Assembly (NCBI GenBank): GCA_051599415.1
Contig: AP039709.1
Location: 62,001-126,000, forward strand
Origin: Savitreella phatthalungensis
Lineage: Eukaryota
DNA length: 64,000 bases
Direction: 5' to 3'
In this document: positions 55,312 to 64,000 of the stretch, one piece after another
Numbering within the stretch: position 1 is the first letter of the stretch
Layout of the letters: every line of letters starts with the position of its first letter
The notes under the pieces: model-generated
Seen by the model: only the letters and a program-made list of their open reading frames with translations
What the model was told of the DNA's origin: nothing
The model's database searches: none
Translations under genes and position numbers: made by a program

Positions 55312-56790
55312 ATGCAGGCGCCGACGCTTCCTCCTAGGCTGCCGTCAAGGGCCAAAGGCGTTGGCCCGCCACCACTAACGCCGCCAAAGCCCCCACCCAA
55401 ACCGAAATCCAAGCTCCCCCTGTCGACCACCCCAGCACTCCCGTCACGAGCGTTCGGCGTCTCCACCTCCCGCGCGCTCTCCCCATCGCAATCAATCAGA
55501 CGATCAAGTCCTCTTTCTTTCACCGACATTGACTTCACAGCAGTTGACGCGTACGCGCGCGATCTTCCAGACGCCTACGCGACCGATCCCACCACCCTCG
55601 CACGCGCCCTCGTCCACCCATTTACCTCATCTACCGAAGTCATCAAGTTCAGAGCCCTGTTCACGTGGGTAGCAACCCACATCGACTACGACGTCGCCGC
55701 ATTCATGTCACGCGCACTCAAACCCCAGCACCCAGCTGACACCCTGCGATCGCGTCGTGCTGTGTGCTCAGGGTACGCTGGCCTTGTGAGGTCGCTGTGT
55801 GAGGTGGTTGGGATTGCGTGCGTGGAGGTGAGTGGGTACGGGAAGGGGTTTGGGTACGTGCTGGGGGCTGGGACGGCAGGTGAGAGCAACCACGCCTGGA
55901 ATGCCGTCAAGGTGGGCGGGGACGACTGGCGGATGGTAGACGCGTGCTGGGGAGCAGGCTATATCGATACCACAACCTTCCACCGCCAATTCGACCCGTT
56001 CTACTTCCTCACGCACCCAACCCTCTTCAGGTACAACCACATGCCAACGAACCCACAGCACCAATTCACACACCAACATATCACCTGGCCCGACTTCTTC
56101 GCACTACCAGACATCTCATCAAACTTTTGGGTAAACGATCTCGAAATCTCTGGCAAGACTACGAGTCTTATGAAGCAGGGTGTTGTTCAGGGTTCTCCAA
56201 CTGGGGAGATCGAGGTCGAGTTCATGATGCCGAGGCATGTCAAGGCGCTTATCACTGTCACCAACTCGGCGACGGGGGTGAGCGCAGATGTGTTTGCAGC
56301 GAATTTGTTCGAAGGAGATCGGAGATCTATCAACTTCCTTATCAGGCCCCCAAACCCAGGCGATTACCTCATCACCCTGATGATCAATACGCCAGAGTCC
56401 AGAGACAACTCATTCAGTTGCTGTGTCAAAATACCAATGACAGTCGCCCAGGGAGAAACCTCCAAAGACATTGGTTTCCCGCAAGTCTGGGGACACGAGC
56501 ATCTCTCCATCCGCAGCCCACTCAGCCGTAACCTCAAATCAGCCGAGCGCGCCGTATTCCAGGTCGTCGAGCTCGAGTCCAATTCCACGCAAGGCACACT
56601 CCACATCGTATCACCCACAAAGAAGCAGTATCCCCTGTCGAGTGTACATCAGGCGTCCTCTTCCGTAGGCATCCTCTGGAAAGCAGATGTTGGGATCAAT
56701 GAGCGCGGCGATTGGTTCCTGGTCGACCTTATTCGCATGCCAGGCGGCGGGGCAAGCTGGAATGCGATCGCGCAGTGGCATGCCGTCTAG
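55312..56790 (+). CDS. Transglutaminase-like (KY/Cyk3-type) protein with Pro-rich N-terminus
   Basis: RALFTWV..IDYD, AVCSGYA, HAWNAV, VDACWGAG and YFLTHP..F..H.P. Confidence 0.9.
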   Translation: MQAPTLPPRLPSRAKGVGPPPLTPPKPPPKPKSKLPLSTTPALPSRAFGVSTSRALSPSQSIRRSSPLSFTDIDFTAVDAYARDLPDAYATDPTTLARALVHPFTSSTEVIKFRALFTWVATHIDYDVAAFMSRALKPQHPADTLRSRRAVCSGYAGLVRSLCEVVGIACVEVSGYGKGFGYVLGAGTAGESNHAWNAVKVGGDDWRMVDACWGAGYIDTTTFHRQFDPFYFLTHPTLFRYNHMPTNPQHQFTHQHITWPDFFALPDISSNFWVNDLEISGKTTSLMKQGVVQGSPTGEIEVEFMMPRHVKALITVTNSATGVSADVFAANLFEGDRRSINFLIRPPNPGDYLITLMINTPESRDNSFSCCVKIPMTVAQGETSKDIGFPQVWGHEHLSIRSPLSRNLKSAERAVFQVVELESNSTQGTLHIVSPTKKQYPLSSVHQASSSVGILWKADVGINERGDWFLVDLIRMPGGGASWNAIAQWHAV

Positions 56791-57716
56791 CGCAGCCATC
56801 TTTGGAGCGCAAATGATGCAAGTACACCGACCGCGATACCACCCAGCGCAGCCAGGACACGCGAGTCCCCGATCACGCCATCCTCTTTCTTGAATCCGAG
56901 CGGGCATCCAGCATCCCCTTCCTGCCGCTTGTACCCCAGCGGACATCCCTTCCGCCTGCCTCCAGGCACCTCCAGGCCGTCCCACCCTTCAAGAATCCTG
57001 TCCATGTCATCCGGAGTCAGCCGAGCGAGCTCAGGGATCGTGAACCGCTCGCACACGTCAATCATCCACCGCATCCGTCTAGCGCCAAGTTGACCGCCGA
57101 CTCCAGGCGCCCTTTCTCTTAGCTTGCTGCGCAGGGTGCCGACATTCTCGATCGCCTGGCCTGCGCCCTTGGGTATAGCTGCCTGGATGCGTCGCCTCAC
57201 GAGATTGGAAATCTTGGGTCCCTTTCCCTGCGTCGACACGACGATCTGTAGAGGGCCGTCTCTGACCTCTGAACCAAAGTAGAAATCGCATTGAGGTGGC
57301 ACGTCCGCCACATTCACCGGTATCCTTCGTGCTCTAGCCATCTTACATATCCGCTCGCTCAGCGGATTGTCGTCGATCGCCGTCATCACCATATCGTACT
57401 CGTCCTCTTCAACATCCTCGTCCCGAAACTCACGATCCTCGTACCGCAAACCAGCAGGACGCTCAACCTCCACACGCCACCGAACCTCATCGGAAAGTCC
57501 AGAAGCAGGGCTCACAACTGTACATTCACCACCAGCCTCCAGAATCTTTACCAACCGGCCAGAAGCAACCACACCTCCACCCACAAGCAAAACCTTCCGA
57601 CCACGGATCTGCCATGCAATCAGCAGCGATGCCCCAGGCCGTAGCGCAGGGAACGTATGAGGAGTCACATCGAGCGCCTTACCTGAGCGATCCAGACTCC
57701 CTTGAGACTGAGACAT
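56787..57716 (-). CDS. MET8: Siroheme biosynthesis protein Met8 (precorrin-2 dehydrogenase/ferrochelatase)
   Basis: SLLIAWQ, LVGGGVVA, VNVADVPPQCDFYFGS, VSTQGKGP and RMRWM..VC. Confidence 0.95.
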   Translation of the reverse strand: MSQSQGSLDRSGKALDVTPHTFPALRPGASLLIAWQIRGRKVLLVGGGVVASGRLVKILEAGGECTVVSPASGLSDEVRWRVEVERPAGLRYEDREFRDEDVEEDEYDMVMTAIDDNPLSERICKMARARRIPVNVADVPPQCDFYFGSEVRDGPLQIVVSTQGKGPKISNLVRRRIQAAIPKGAGQAIENVGTLRSKLRERAPGVGGQLGARRMRWMIDVCERFTIPELARLTPDDMDRILEGWDGLEVPGGRRKGCPLGYKRQEGDAGCPLGFKKEDGVIGDSRVLAALGGIAVGVLASFALQRWLR

Positions 57717-58000
57717 GGAGCGCTGTGTACAAGTAGAAGTGGGAGTGCTGATGCTTTTGTATGAAGATACTGTCTGTTATCTACTGACTGTGCTACCCTA
57801 TCACAAGCCATCCATGGAATACATGTGATGATGATCTTCAATGCACAAATTGGAAAAATTTACCTTTCTCTCACAAGCACACACATACGCACTCACTGTC
57901 ACAAAGACTACTACACCTGAGCAACTCTCTTCCGACAATATCACCCCATAAGACGCTCATCGTCTGACCTGAATGATTCTATCGTAGTATACAATAGTCG

Positions 58001-58963
58001 ATGCCGTTCGGTCAGCTGGTGATTGGTCCACCAGGATCAGGTAAATCGACCTACTGCCACGGCGCACAACAGTTTCTCGGTGCAATTGGTAGATCCTGTG
58101 CCCTGGTCAACCTCGATCCTGCTAACGATGGGTACAACTACGATGCGGCAATTGATGTACGTGAGCTGACGAGGCTACAGGAGGTGATGGAGAAGCATGG
58201 ACTAGGACCAAACGGTGGGATTGTACACTGCCTCGAGCTCCTGGATCATAACTTTGACTTCCTAAAATCAGGAATCGCAGACACAGGGGAAGAGTACTTC
58301 ATCTTTGATTGTCCCGGTCAAGTAGAGCTGTTCACCCATCATGCAAGTCTGCGGCAGATTGTCGGGAAGCTGGAAAAACAACTCGGGTTCCGGCTGGTCG
58401 TCGTCCACCTCGTCGATGCATCCAACTGTCTCGATCCTGCGCAGTACGTATCTGCGTTGATGCTGTCGCTGCGAGCTATGCTCCAGATGGATCTGCCACA
58501 TATAAACGTCCTCTCGAAGATCGATCTGCTCGCCAGCCTTTCCTCAGGAAAGGGACTAGACTTTCACCTCGACTTCTACACGGAAGTCCAAGAGCTCGAC
58601 TACCTTCGCCCACTCCTCCAGCGAAACAGGGCAACGGCAAAGTACCAGAAACTCAACGAAGCCATCTGCGATCTCATTCAAGATTTCTCCCTCGTCCAAT
58701 TCGAGACACTCGCGGTCCAAGACAAGCGGTCCATGGCAAGACTACTCCAGCTCATCGACAAAGCAGGAGGATACGCTTTCGGATCCGCTGAAATCTCAGC
58801 AGACACAGTCTGGGCAGACGCAGTCAGAGGTGGCTGGCTAGACAGGGGAAATGTAGCACTGGACGAGCACGAAAGGTGGCTCTCAGGAGAAGTCCAAGTC
58901 AAAGAGCGTGATGACCACGATGATGATCATGATCATGATCAGGGTCAGGCTCAGGGACAGTAG
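58001..58963 (+). CDS. GPN2: GPN-loop GTPase 2
   Basis: MPFGQLVIGPPGSGKSTYC, NLDPAN, LGPNG, DCPGQVELFTHH and NVLSKIDL. Confidence 0.95.
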   Translation: MPFGQLVIGPPGSGKSTYCHGAQQFLGAIGRSCALVNLDPANDGYNYDAAIDVRELTRLQEVMEKHGLGPNGGIVHCLELLDHNFDFLKSGIADTGEEYFIFDCPGQVELFTHHASLRQIVGKLEKQLGFRLVVVHLVDASNCLDPAQYVSALMLSLRAMLQMDLPHINVLSKIDLLASLSSGKGLDFHLDFYTEVQELDYLRPLLQRNRATAKYQKLNEAICDLIQDFSLVQFETLAVQDKRSMARLLQLIDKAGGYAFGSAEISADTVWADAVRGGWLDRGNVALDEHERWLSGEVQVKERDDHDDDHDHDQGQAQGQ

Positions 58964-59179
58964 GACAGACGAGACGTTCAATGTAGAGCAGCAAAGATGT
59001 AATGACACGACATGACATGACCCCATATCCCTCATTCATTGACCCCCTTCCCGTGTAACCCTCTTCATCCTCTACTGCAGGGTACCAAAAATAGCACCCA
59101 TCATACGAATGCACAAATCTCGTATGCTCTTATTTACACTCATCTACTCATTCATCCTCAAGACCCTGTCTCCTGGAGG

Positions 59180-59680
59180 ATGACGTCGTCGCGAGCAAGG
59201 GCGACAATCCGAGTAGGTGACCTGCCGCGTAATGCGCTAGACAAGGACTTTCTACGCGGTGTATTCCTGACATTTGGAGAGATCCTCGAGATTGAACTCC
59301 CTCCCCCATCAGCGCTCAGGTCGTCAAGGCAGCATCGTGGAACAGCACATCCCGACAAGCTCGATTCACATACATTTGAAGCACTCATTGAGTTCGATGA
59401 TCCACTTGACGCAGACGCAGCTATCGACAACATGCATCTAGCACAGCTTTACAACAACACAATCAAAGTCACAAAGGCCAACACCACAGTCGACCTCCAA
59501 GTCGAAGAGGAGAGTGAAAGGAGTGCCGAGGGTAGAGGCAACAAGAGACTCAGACTTGATGATGAGAAATCTTCCGGACGAGTGGATGATGCAGATCAGG
59601 AGGACCAAGATGATGATGATGGTGATGAAGATCCGATGGGGATGCTTGAGCGTCAACAGAATCGAGACTCAGTCACGTGA
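59180..59680 (+). CDS. Single-RRM protein (cyclophilin-E-type RRM) with acidic tail
   Basis: TIRVGDL, F..FGEI..I.LP, IEFDDPLDADAAIDNM..QLY..TIKV and a DPM..LE C-terminus. Confidence 0.8.
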   Translation: MTSSRARATIRVGDLPRNALDKDFLRGVFLTFGEILEIELPPPSALRSSRQHRGTAHPDKLDSHTFEALIEFDDPLDADAAIDNMHLAQLYNNTIKVTKANTTVDLQVEEESERSAEGRGNKRLRLDDEKSSGRVDDADQEDQDDDDGDEDPMGMLERQQNRDSVT

Positions 59681-59825
59681 TCTCATTCACTTTCACACGT
59701 GACCATGCTCATCATTCATCAAACGAACACGAATGCAGGTGCTACGTCACTGTGGAGATCACAACTACGTCCTCATCCCATCTACCAATTACTCTTCTAC
59801 AAGGACAAAAGCATTCGATCTACAG

Positions 59826-61016
59826 ATGAAATCAGCTACAACCTCTTCTAGGCTCTCACAGACAGCTAGACATCTAGCTATGACCTCAACACAATCACAG
59901 CTATCAGGAACCTACGCCTACACAGGCAACAGAACCGTCCAGTACGGTGTAGGCAGTATCGACAGGCTCCCAGAACTCCTAGAGCGCTTCGGCAAGAACA
60001 AAGCCCTGATTGTCACTGGAAACTCTCTGGCCAACAAGACCAAAGTCATCCAGAACATTCAAAAGATCCTAGGAGATCACCATGCAGAAACCTTTACCTC
60101 GATCGGTGAACACGCGCCCGTCGAAGGCATCGAGCAGGCTCTCAAGATACTCAAGGAAAAGAAAGGAGATTGTATCATCTCAGTTGGTGGAGGCAGTCCT
60201 ATCGATGCATGCAAGGCAATCAAATACTATGCTAAGGAACGGAATATCCTTGATCAAGATCTTTTCCACATCGCTGTCCCTACCACCCTGTCTGCCGCAG
60301 AGTGGACACCCATGGCAGGCTTCACAAAGGATGGTCGCAAGACAGGCGTTGCGTCCCCTGAACTGGCTCCTGACGTCGTCATTCTCGATGGCGAACTAGC
60401 CATGTCGACACCTCAGCGACTCTGGCTCTCGACGGGAATCCGTGCGCTTGACCACGCAGTCGAGACACAGTATCGTCCCTATGCGCCGCCATTTATCCAG
60501 CTTCTCGCGCAACACGCCGCAGCAGATCTCTTCAGACTCCTTCGCCAGCACAAGCAACAAGGCCACGACCCTCAGCTCAACCAGCAACTCCTTGTTGCCG
60601 CATGGCATTCACTCTTCCCATATGCACAAGAATCCAAAGCTAAATCCACACTTGGCCCCTCCCACGCTCTTGGCTATATGCTCGGATCCCCCTACAAGAT
60701 CCCGCATGGCATCTGCAGCTGTCTGACACTAGGCGCTGTTGTCCGCTGGAAAGCTCAATCGACCGCATCCGACGACGACTGCATGCGTCTGGCTACAATC
60801 CACAATCTTGTTACCGGCCAGACCTCCAAAGCATCCCGAGAGAATGCTATCGCGCTCGGCAAAGAGATTGACTATCTCCTCAAGGACCTGGGTCTCGACG
60901 TCGGTCTTCTCGACCAAGGCATGCCTAAGGACGATCTTCAAAAGGTCGTCGCAGCTGCACAACCCGGTGACAGCGAGAAAATTCTCCTGTCGGAGCTCCA
61001 GTCCCGGCTCTGGTAA
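59826..61016 (+). CDS. Iron-containing alcohol dehydrogenase / maleylacetate-reductase-like protein
   Basis: VGGGSPIDACK, VPTTLSAAE, RALDHAVE, GPSHALG and IPHGICSC. Confidence 0.93.
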   Translation: MKSATTSSRLSQTARHLAMTSTQSQLSGTYAYTGNRTVQYGVGSIDRLPELLERFGKNKALIVTGNSLANKTKVIQNIQKILGDHHAETFTSIGEHAPVEGIEQALKILKEKKGDCIISVGGGSPIDACKAIKYYAKERNILDQDLFHIAVPTTLSAAEWTPMAGFTKDGRKTGVASPELAPDVVILDGELAMSTPQRLWLSTGIRALDHAVETQYRPYAPPFIQLLAQHAAADLFRLLRQHKQQGHDPQLNQQLLVAAWHSLFPYAQESKAKSTLGPSHALGYMLGSPYKIPHGICSCLTLGAVVRWKAQSTASDDDCMRLATIHNLVTGQTSKASRENAIALGKEIDYLLKDLGLDVGLLDQGMPKDDLQKVVAAAQPGDSEKILLSELQSRLW

Positions 61017-61223
61017 GCGCATGACCTCAATCACCTCGATAGCCGATCACCTGACCTGATACCAACCCACGACTCCATCGCATCTAAAGCACGTCAACCG
61101 CATCGGGAGAACGCTCGATCTCGTCGACATGTGAGGTTACCGCCCTTTGTAGTGCAGGTACATCACTAATCCGATATCAAGTCCGGTTCTGCCCATCTCC
61201 AGGGTTCGTCTCCAGCCTCAACC

Positions 61224-63062
61224 ATGGACGCCTTTGCAGTGACGTATTCGGCCCATGGCGTATCTCAATTGCTACATCCATCCTTGCGCGACATCGTCGA
61301 CCGCTACACCACTCGCTATGACCTCATCTCGGGCTTTTACATTCCCAGCGGCACTCCACAGTCCCTGCGTCGTAGCCTGGAAGCACATCGGGGAATCATC
61401 CTGGCCAACAACGATCAGCTGAAGCCAGCAGCCATACACACGCAAAGCGATGCACCCTGGTCGCTTGTAAGAACATCCTCTCTCCGTCCAATCCCAGGAC
61501 AATTCGAACCAGATACTGCAAGATTCGTTTACCACTTTGACTCTGCGTGGACAGGCAAACAAGCCTTCATCTACATTGTCGACTCTGGCGGCGATTGCAA
61601 CAGCTGGTTTGAAGAACGTGGGCACTGTACACGCAAGCGGCACTTCGACGGCATACATGGTGACATGAGCACGAACGACTACACCGGGCACGGCACAGCA
61701 GTCATGGGCGCTTGCTGTTCCTCACATCACGGTCACGCTAGAGGCGCGGAATTCCAGCCAATCCGGATCTACAACCATCACATGGAAGGCACCATCCTGT
61801 CCTTCCTCGACCGCAGCGATGTGATCCTCCAATCCATGCGCGACCGTCACTCAGGACTCGACGAATCTAGCATCGTCCTCTTCCCATCCAGCACCAACCG
61901 GCACAACCACGCCCTCGACCTCGCCTTCTCCAAACTCAACGATGCCGGCGCGGTCATCGTCACCGCAGCCTCCAATGACGCTGTCGACGCCTGTCTCATC
62001 TCACCGGCACATCTAGACTTTGTCATCACTGTAGGCGGGACTGACATCCACGACAAGCTCATGCAAGGTACAGGATACGGTCGCTGTGTCGACTTCCTCG
62101 CTCCAGGGGACCGCATCCGCACGACAGGCTTCCGAATGTTCCGGTCGCACTGGACGAAACTCTCATATGCTCGGCCGGAGACAGTGTGGTCAGGGACGAG
62201 TATGGCTGCAGGCATCGCCGCTGGTGCCATCGCCACATTCCTCCATCCGCTTCGTCGGCTGACGCGTAAGCGTGAGGAAGAGCACCTAATCCACACATAT
62301 TCACTGTCCCTCCTCGTCAAGACTTACCTCGCCATCTCAACCTTCGATCTAGAAGACATCCTTCCGCCACCTGCTCCAAACGACGAAATGATCCTGTACG
62401 CACCTCCCAGCTTCTTACGCAACCGTCATCGCGACGGTCGTACCCGTGACAGCTCTTTCGACCGTGTCCTCGATACACCTGGCGTCGAGCCAGAAGCTCT
62501 AAGTAAAGACAGAGCACTGCGCGACCAAGCAGCCATCCCTCGGCAATACAGCCACAAGCTCCTCGATGCTCAGCGCAACGACCCAAACCGCAAACTGTCC
62601 CACATGATTCACCGCTTCCAAAACGGACTCGACCCTTTCGACCAATGGCCCCAGAGAAACCAGGAGCGGACTATGGCGATAATGCGCGCCTGGCGACATG
62701 GTGTTGCCTATCAGACCACACGCAAACTCGTCCAGGTGCCCTTCGCTGGTCAACATCCCTTCCAGCCATTCCCGGACTCAGCATTCCCGTTTCCCCACTC
62801 CTTCACTGCCGCGCAGCTCGACCTCCAGCTCTCTTGCGACCCGATCTACAACGACAAAGAGCTACACGACAGCGTCGATCGAGCACTCTGCGAGCTCGTC
62901 GAAGAACACAAGCGAGCTCAAGCGTCAGCATCCGCATCTGCCGCGCTCGATGTACATGAGCTTACTCCCGTCGCCGACCACAATAATAACGACCCAGAGG
63001 ACCTCCAAGACCCCGCAAGCTCACCCATTCTCCACCGCAGGCCAGTCCGTTCTCACCTATAG
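61224..63062 (+). CDS. Divergent subtilisin (S8, proteinase-K-like) protease, copy 1
   Basis: QSDAPWSL, IYIVDSG, GHGTAV, ACLISPA, GRCVDFLAPG and SGTSMA. Confidence 0.9.
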   Translation: MDAFAVTYSAHGVSQLLHPSLRDIVDRYTTRYDLISGFYIPSGTPQSLRRSLEAHRGIILANNDQLKPAAIHTQSDAPWSLVRTSSLRPIPGQFEPDTARFVYHFDSAWTGKQAFIYIVDSGGDCNSWFEERGHCTRKRHFDGIHGDMSTNDYTGHGTAVMGACCSSHHGHARGAEFQPIRIYNHHMEGTILSFLDRSDVILQSMRDRHSGLDESSIVLFPSSTNRHNHALDLAFSKLNDAGAVIVTAASNDAVDACLISPAHLDFVITVGGTDIHDKLMQGTGYGRCVDFLAPGDRIRTTGFRMFRSHWTKLSYARPETVWSGTSMAAGIAAGAIATFLHPLRRLTRKREEEHLIHTYSLSLLVKTYLAISTFDLEDILPPPAPNDEMILYAPPSFLRNRHRDGRTRDSSFDRVLDTPGVEPEALSKDRALRDQAAIPRQYSHKLLDAQRNDPNRKLSHMIHRFQNGLDPFDQWPQRNQERTMAIMRAWRHGVAYQTTRKLVQVPFAGQHPFQPFPDSAFPFPHSFTAAQLDLQLSCDPIYNDKELHDSVDRALCELVEEHKRAQASASASAALDVHELTPVADHNNNDPEDLQDPASSPILHRRPVRSHL

Positions 63063-63330
63063 CTCGTCCTCAATCTGCATCAAGCCTCCCATATCCATGT
63101 CTATCGAGCATTCCTCAAGTCCGACATCTATCTGGCGCATGACGAGTTCGGCGATACACTGCGTCACGCGACAACAGCTACAGCGAGGCAACTTGTGACC
63201 ATAGCAGCTCGGACTTCTCAATGGCTCCATGTGTCCGACATCACTTTTCAGCATTTGTCACTCGTCGTCCCAACAACGTCTCTCGACAGAAACATCTAAG
63301 TGCGATCCTTGATCTACAGGGCCACCATCC

Positions 63331-64000
63331 ATGAGACACCTTATACCAATATTGTTCCTCATACACACGGCGTCTGCCGAGGACAATGTCGATATAGGTG
63401 ATACTGGCTGCTTCGCATTCGTCCTGTCCTCGGAGCCGCGAGGATTCATCGATTCCCTCCATCCTTCCCTTCGAGATGGGGTCGACCGGCACGCACACAG
63501 ACACGACATCATCTCCGGAGTATATCTACCGCCGAAAGCTCCGAACGCCCTCCGAAGAAGCCTCAGCATGCAGCGTGGTCTTGTCATCTCCCCAGACGAT
63601 AAGCTGCACCCGCACGCCGACCTCGTTCAAGCAGATGCGCCATGGCATCTCACCAGATCCTCCACCTTCGATCGTCTCAGGAACATCGACGACCCAGAGC
63701 TCGCACATCTTCCCTACACTTGGGACAGTGACTGGGCAGGCCAAGGCACGTCGATCTACCTCGTCGACTCAGGCGGCGACTGCTCCTACGATTGGTTCGG
63801 CAACAGATGCGGCATCACAGATATCCCCTGGCCAGGAGAAAACGGCGTCATCCGCACTCGAGATCTCGCTGGTCACGGCACGGCCGTCATGGGCGCCTGC
63901 TGCTCCAGCGTACACGGACACGCTCGGCGCTCCCCACTGCAACCGCTCAGAATTTACGATACCCACATGGAAGGCACCATCCTGCGCTTTGTCGACGTCG
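63331..64000 (+). CDS. Divergent subtilisin S8 protease, copy 2 (partial, runs off the window)
   Basis: Hand translation: MRHLIPILFLIHTASA signal, LHPSLRD, QADAPWHL, IYLVDSGGDC, GHGTAVMGACCSS and MEGTIL. Clear paralog of copy 1, absent from the ORF track because it has no stop in the window. Confidence 0.9.
   Translation, partial: MRHLIPILFLIHTASAEDNVDIGDTGCFAFVLSSEPRGFIDSLHPSLRDGVDRHAHRHDIISGVYLPPKAPNALRRSLSMQRGLVISPDDKLHPHADLVQADAPWHLTRSSTFDRLRNIDDPELAHLPYTWDSDWAGQGTSIYLVDSGGDCSYDWFGNRCGITDIPWPGENGVIRTRDLAGHGTAVMGACCSSVHGHARRSPLQPLRIYDTHMEGTILRFVDV

Noticed and set aside
61013..61202. Splice fusion of Fe-ADH to subtilisin copy 1
   Set aside because: Acceptors at 61181 and 61202 give the wrong frame.
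1..64000. Transposons, CRISPR arrays, rRNA, tRNA or a secondary-metabolite cluster
   Set aside because: No transposase/RT/LTR, repeat-spacer array, rRNA, tRNA or PKS/NRPS signature seen. The DNA is eukaryotic and the repeats are only microsatellites.

Overview
Gene-dense, intron-poor eukaryotic (fungal) DNA. Its short 53-72 nt GT..CTRAC..AG introns, gaps of tens of bases between convergent genes and gene content fit an ascomycete yeast, possibly Taphrinomycotina (inference only). There are about 38 protein-coding genes, mostly housekeeping: TGL-type lipase, QRI7, RRP12, HECT E3, BMT6, CLF1, MOB1, HRD1, MGE1, MSF1, MRPL16, RPS10, DLD1, COX12, TRP2, MET8 and GPN2, plus transporters, cell-surface proteins and a tandem pair of divergent subtilisins. 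I found no tRNA, rRNA, transposon or CRISPR array. The main unexplained signal is a candidate structured ncRNA of about 600 nt (about 9015-9588, + strand) between RRP12 and the HECT ligase. It has two long rod hairpins followed by a domain closed by a box C/D kink-turn with canonical spacing. Other notable points are a PTS2 placed between two in-frame ATGs of an Fe-ADH, a Met8 with duplicated Cys-Pro motifs and a tail anchor, recurrent CACGTG sites in divergent promoters, and spliced genes that the ORF track misses. All homology calls come from motif recognition by eye, not from database searches.
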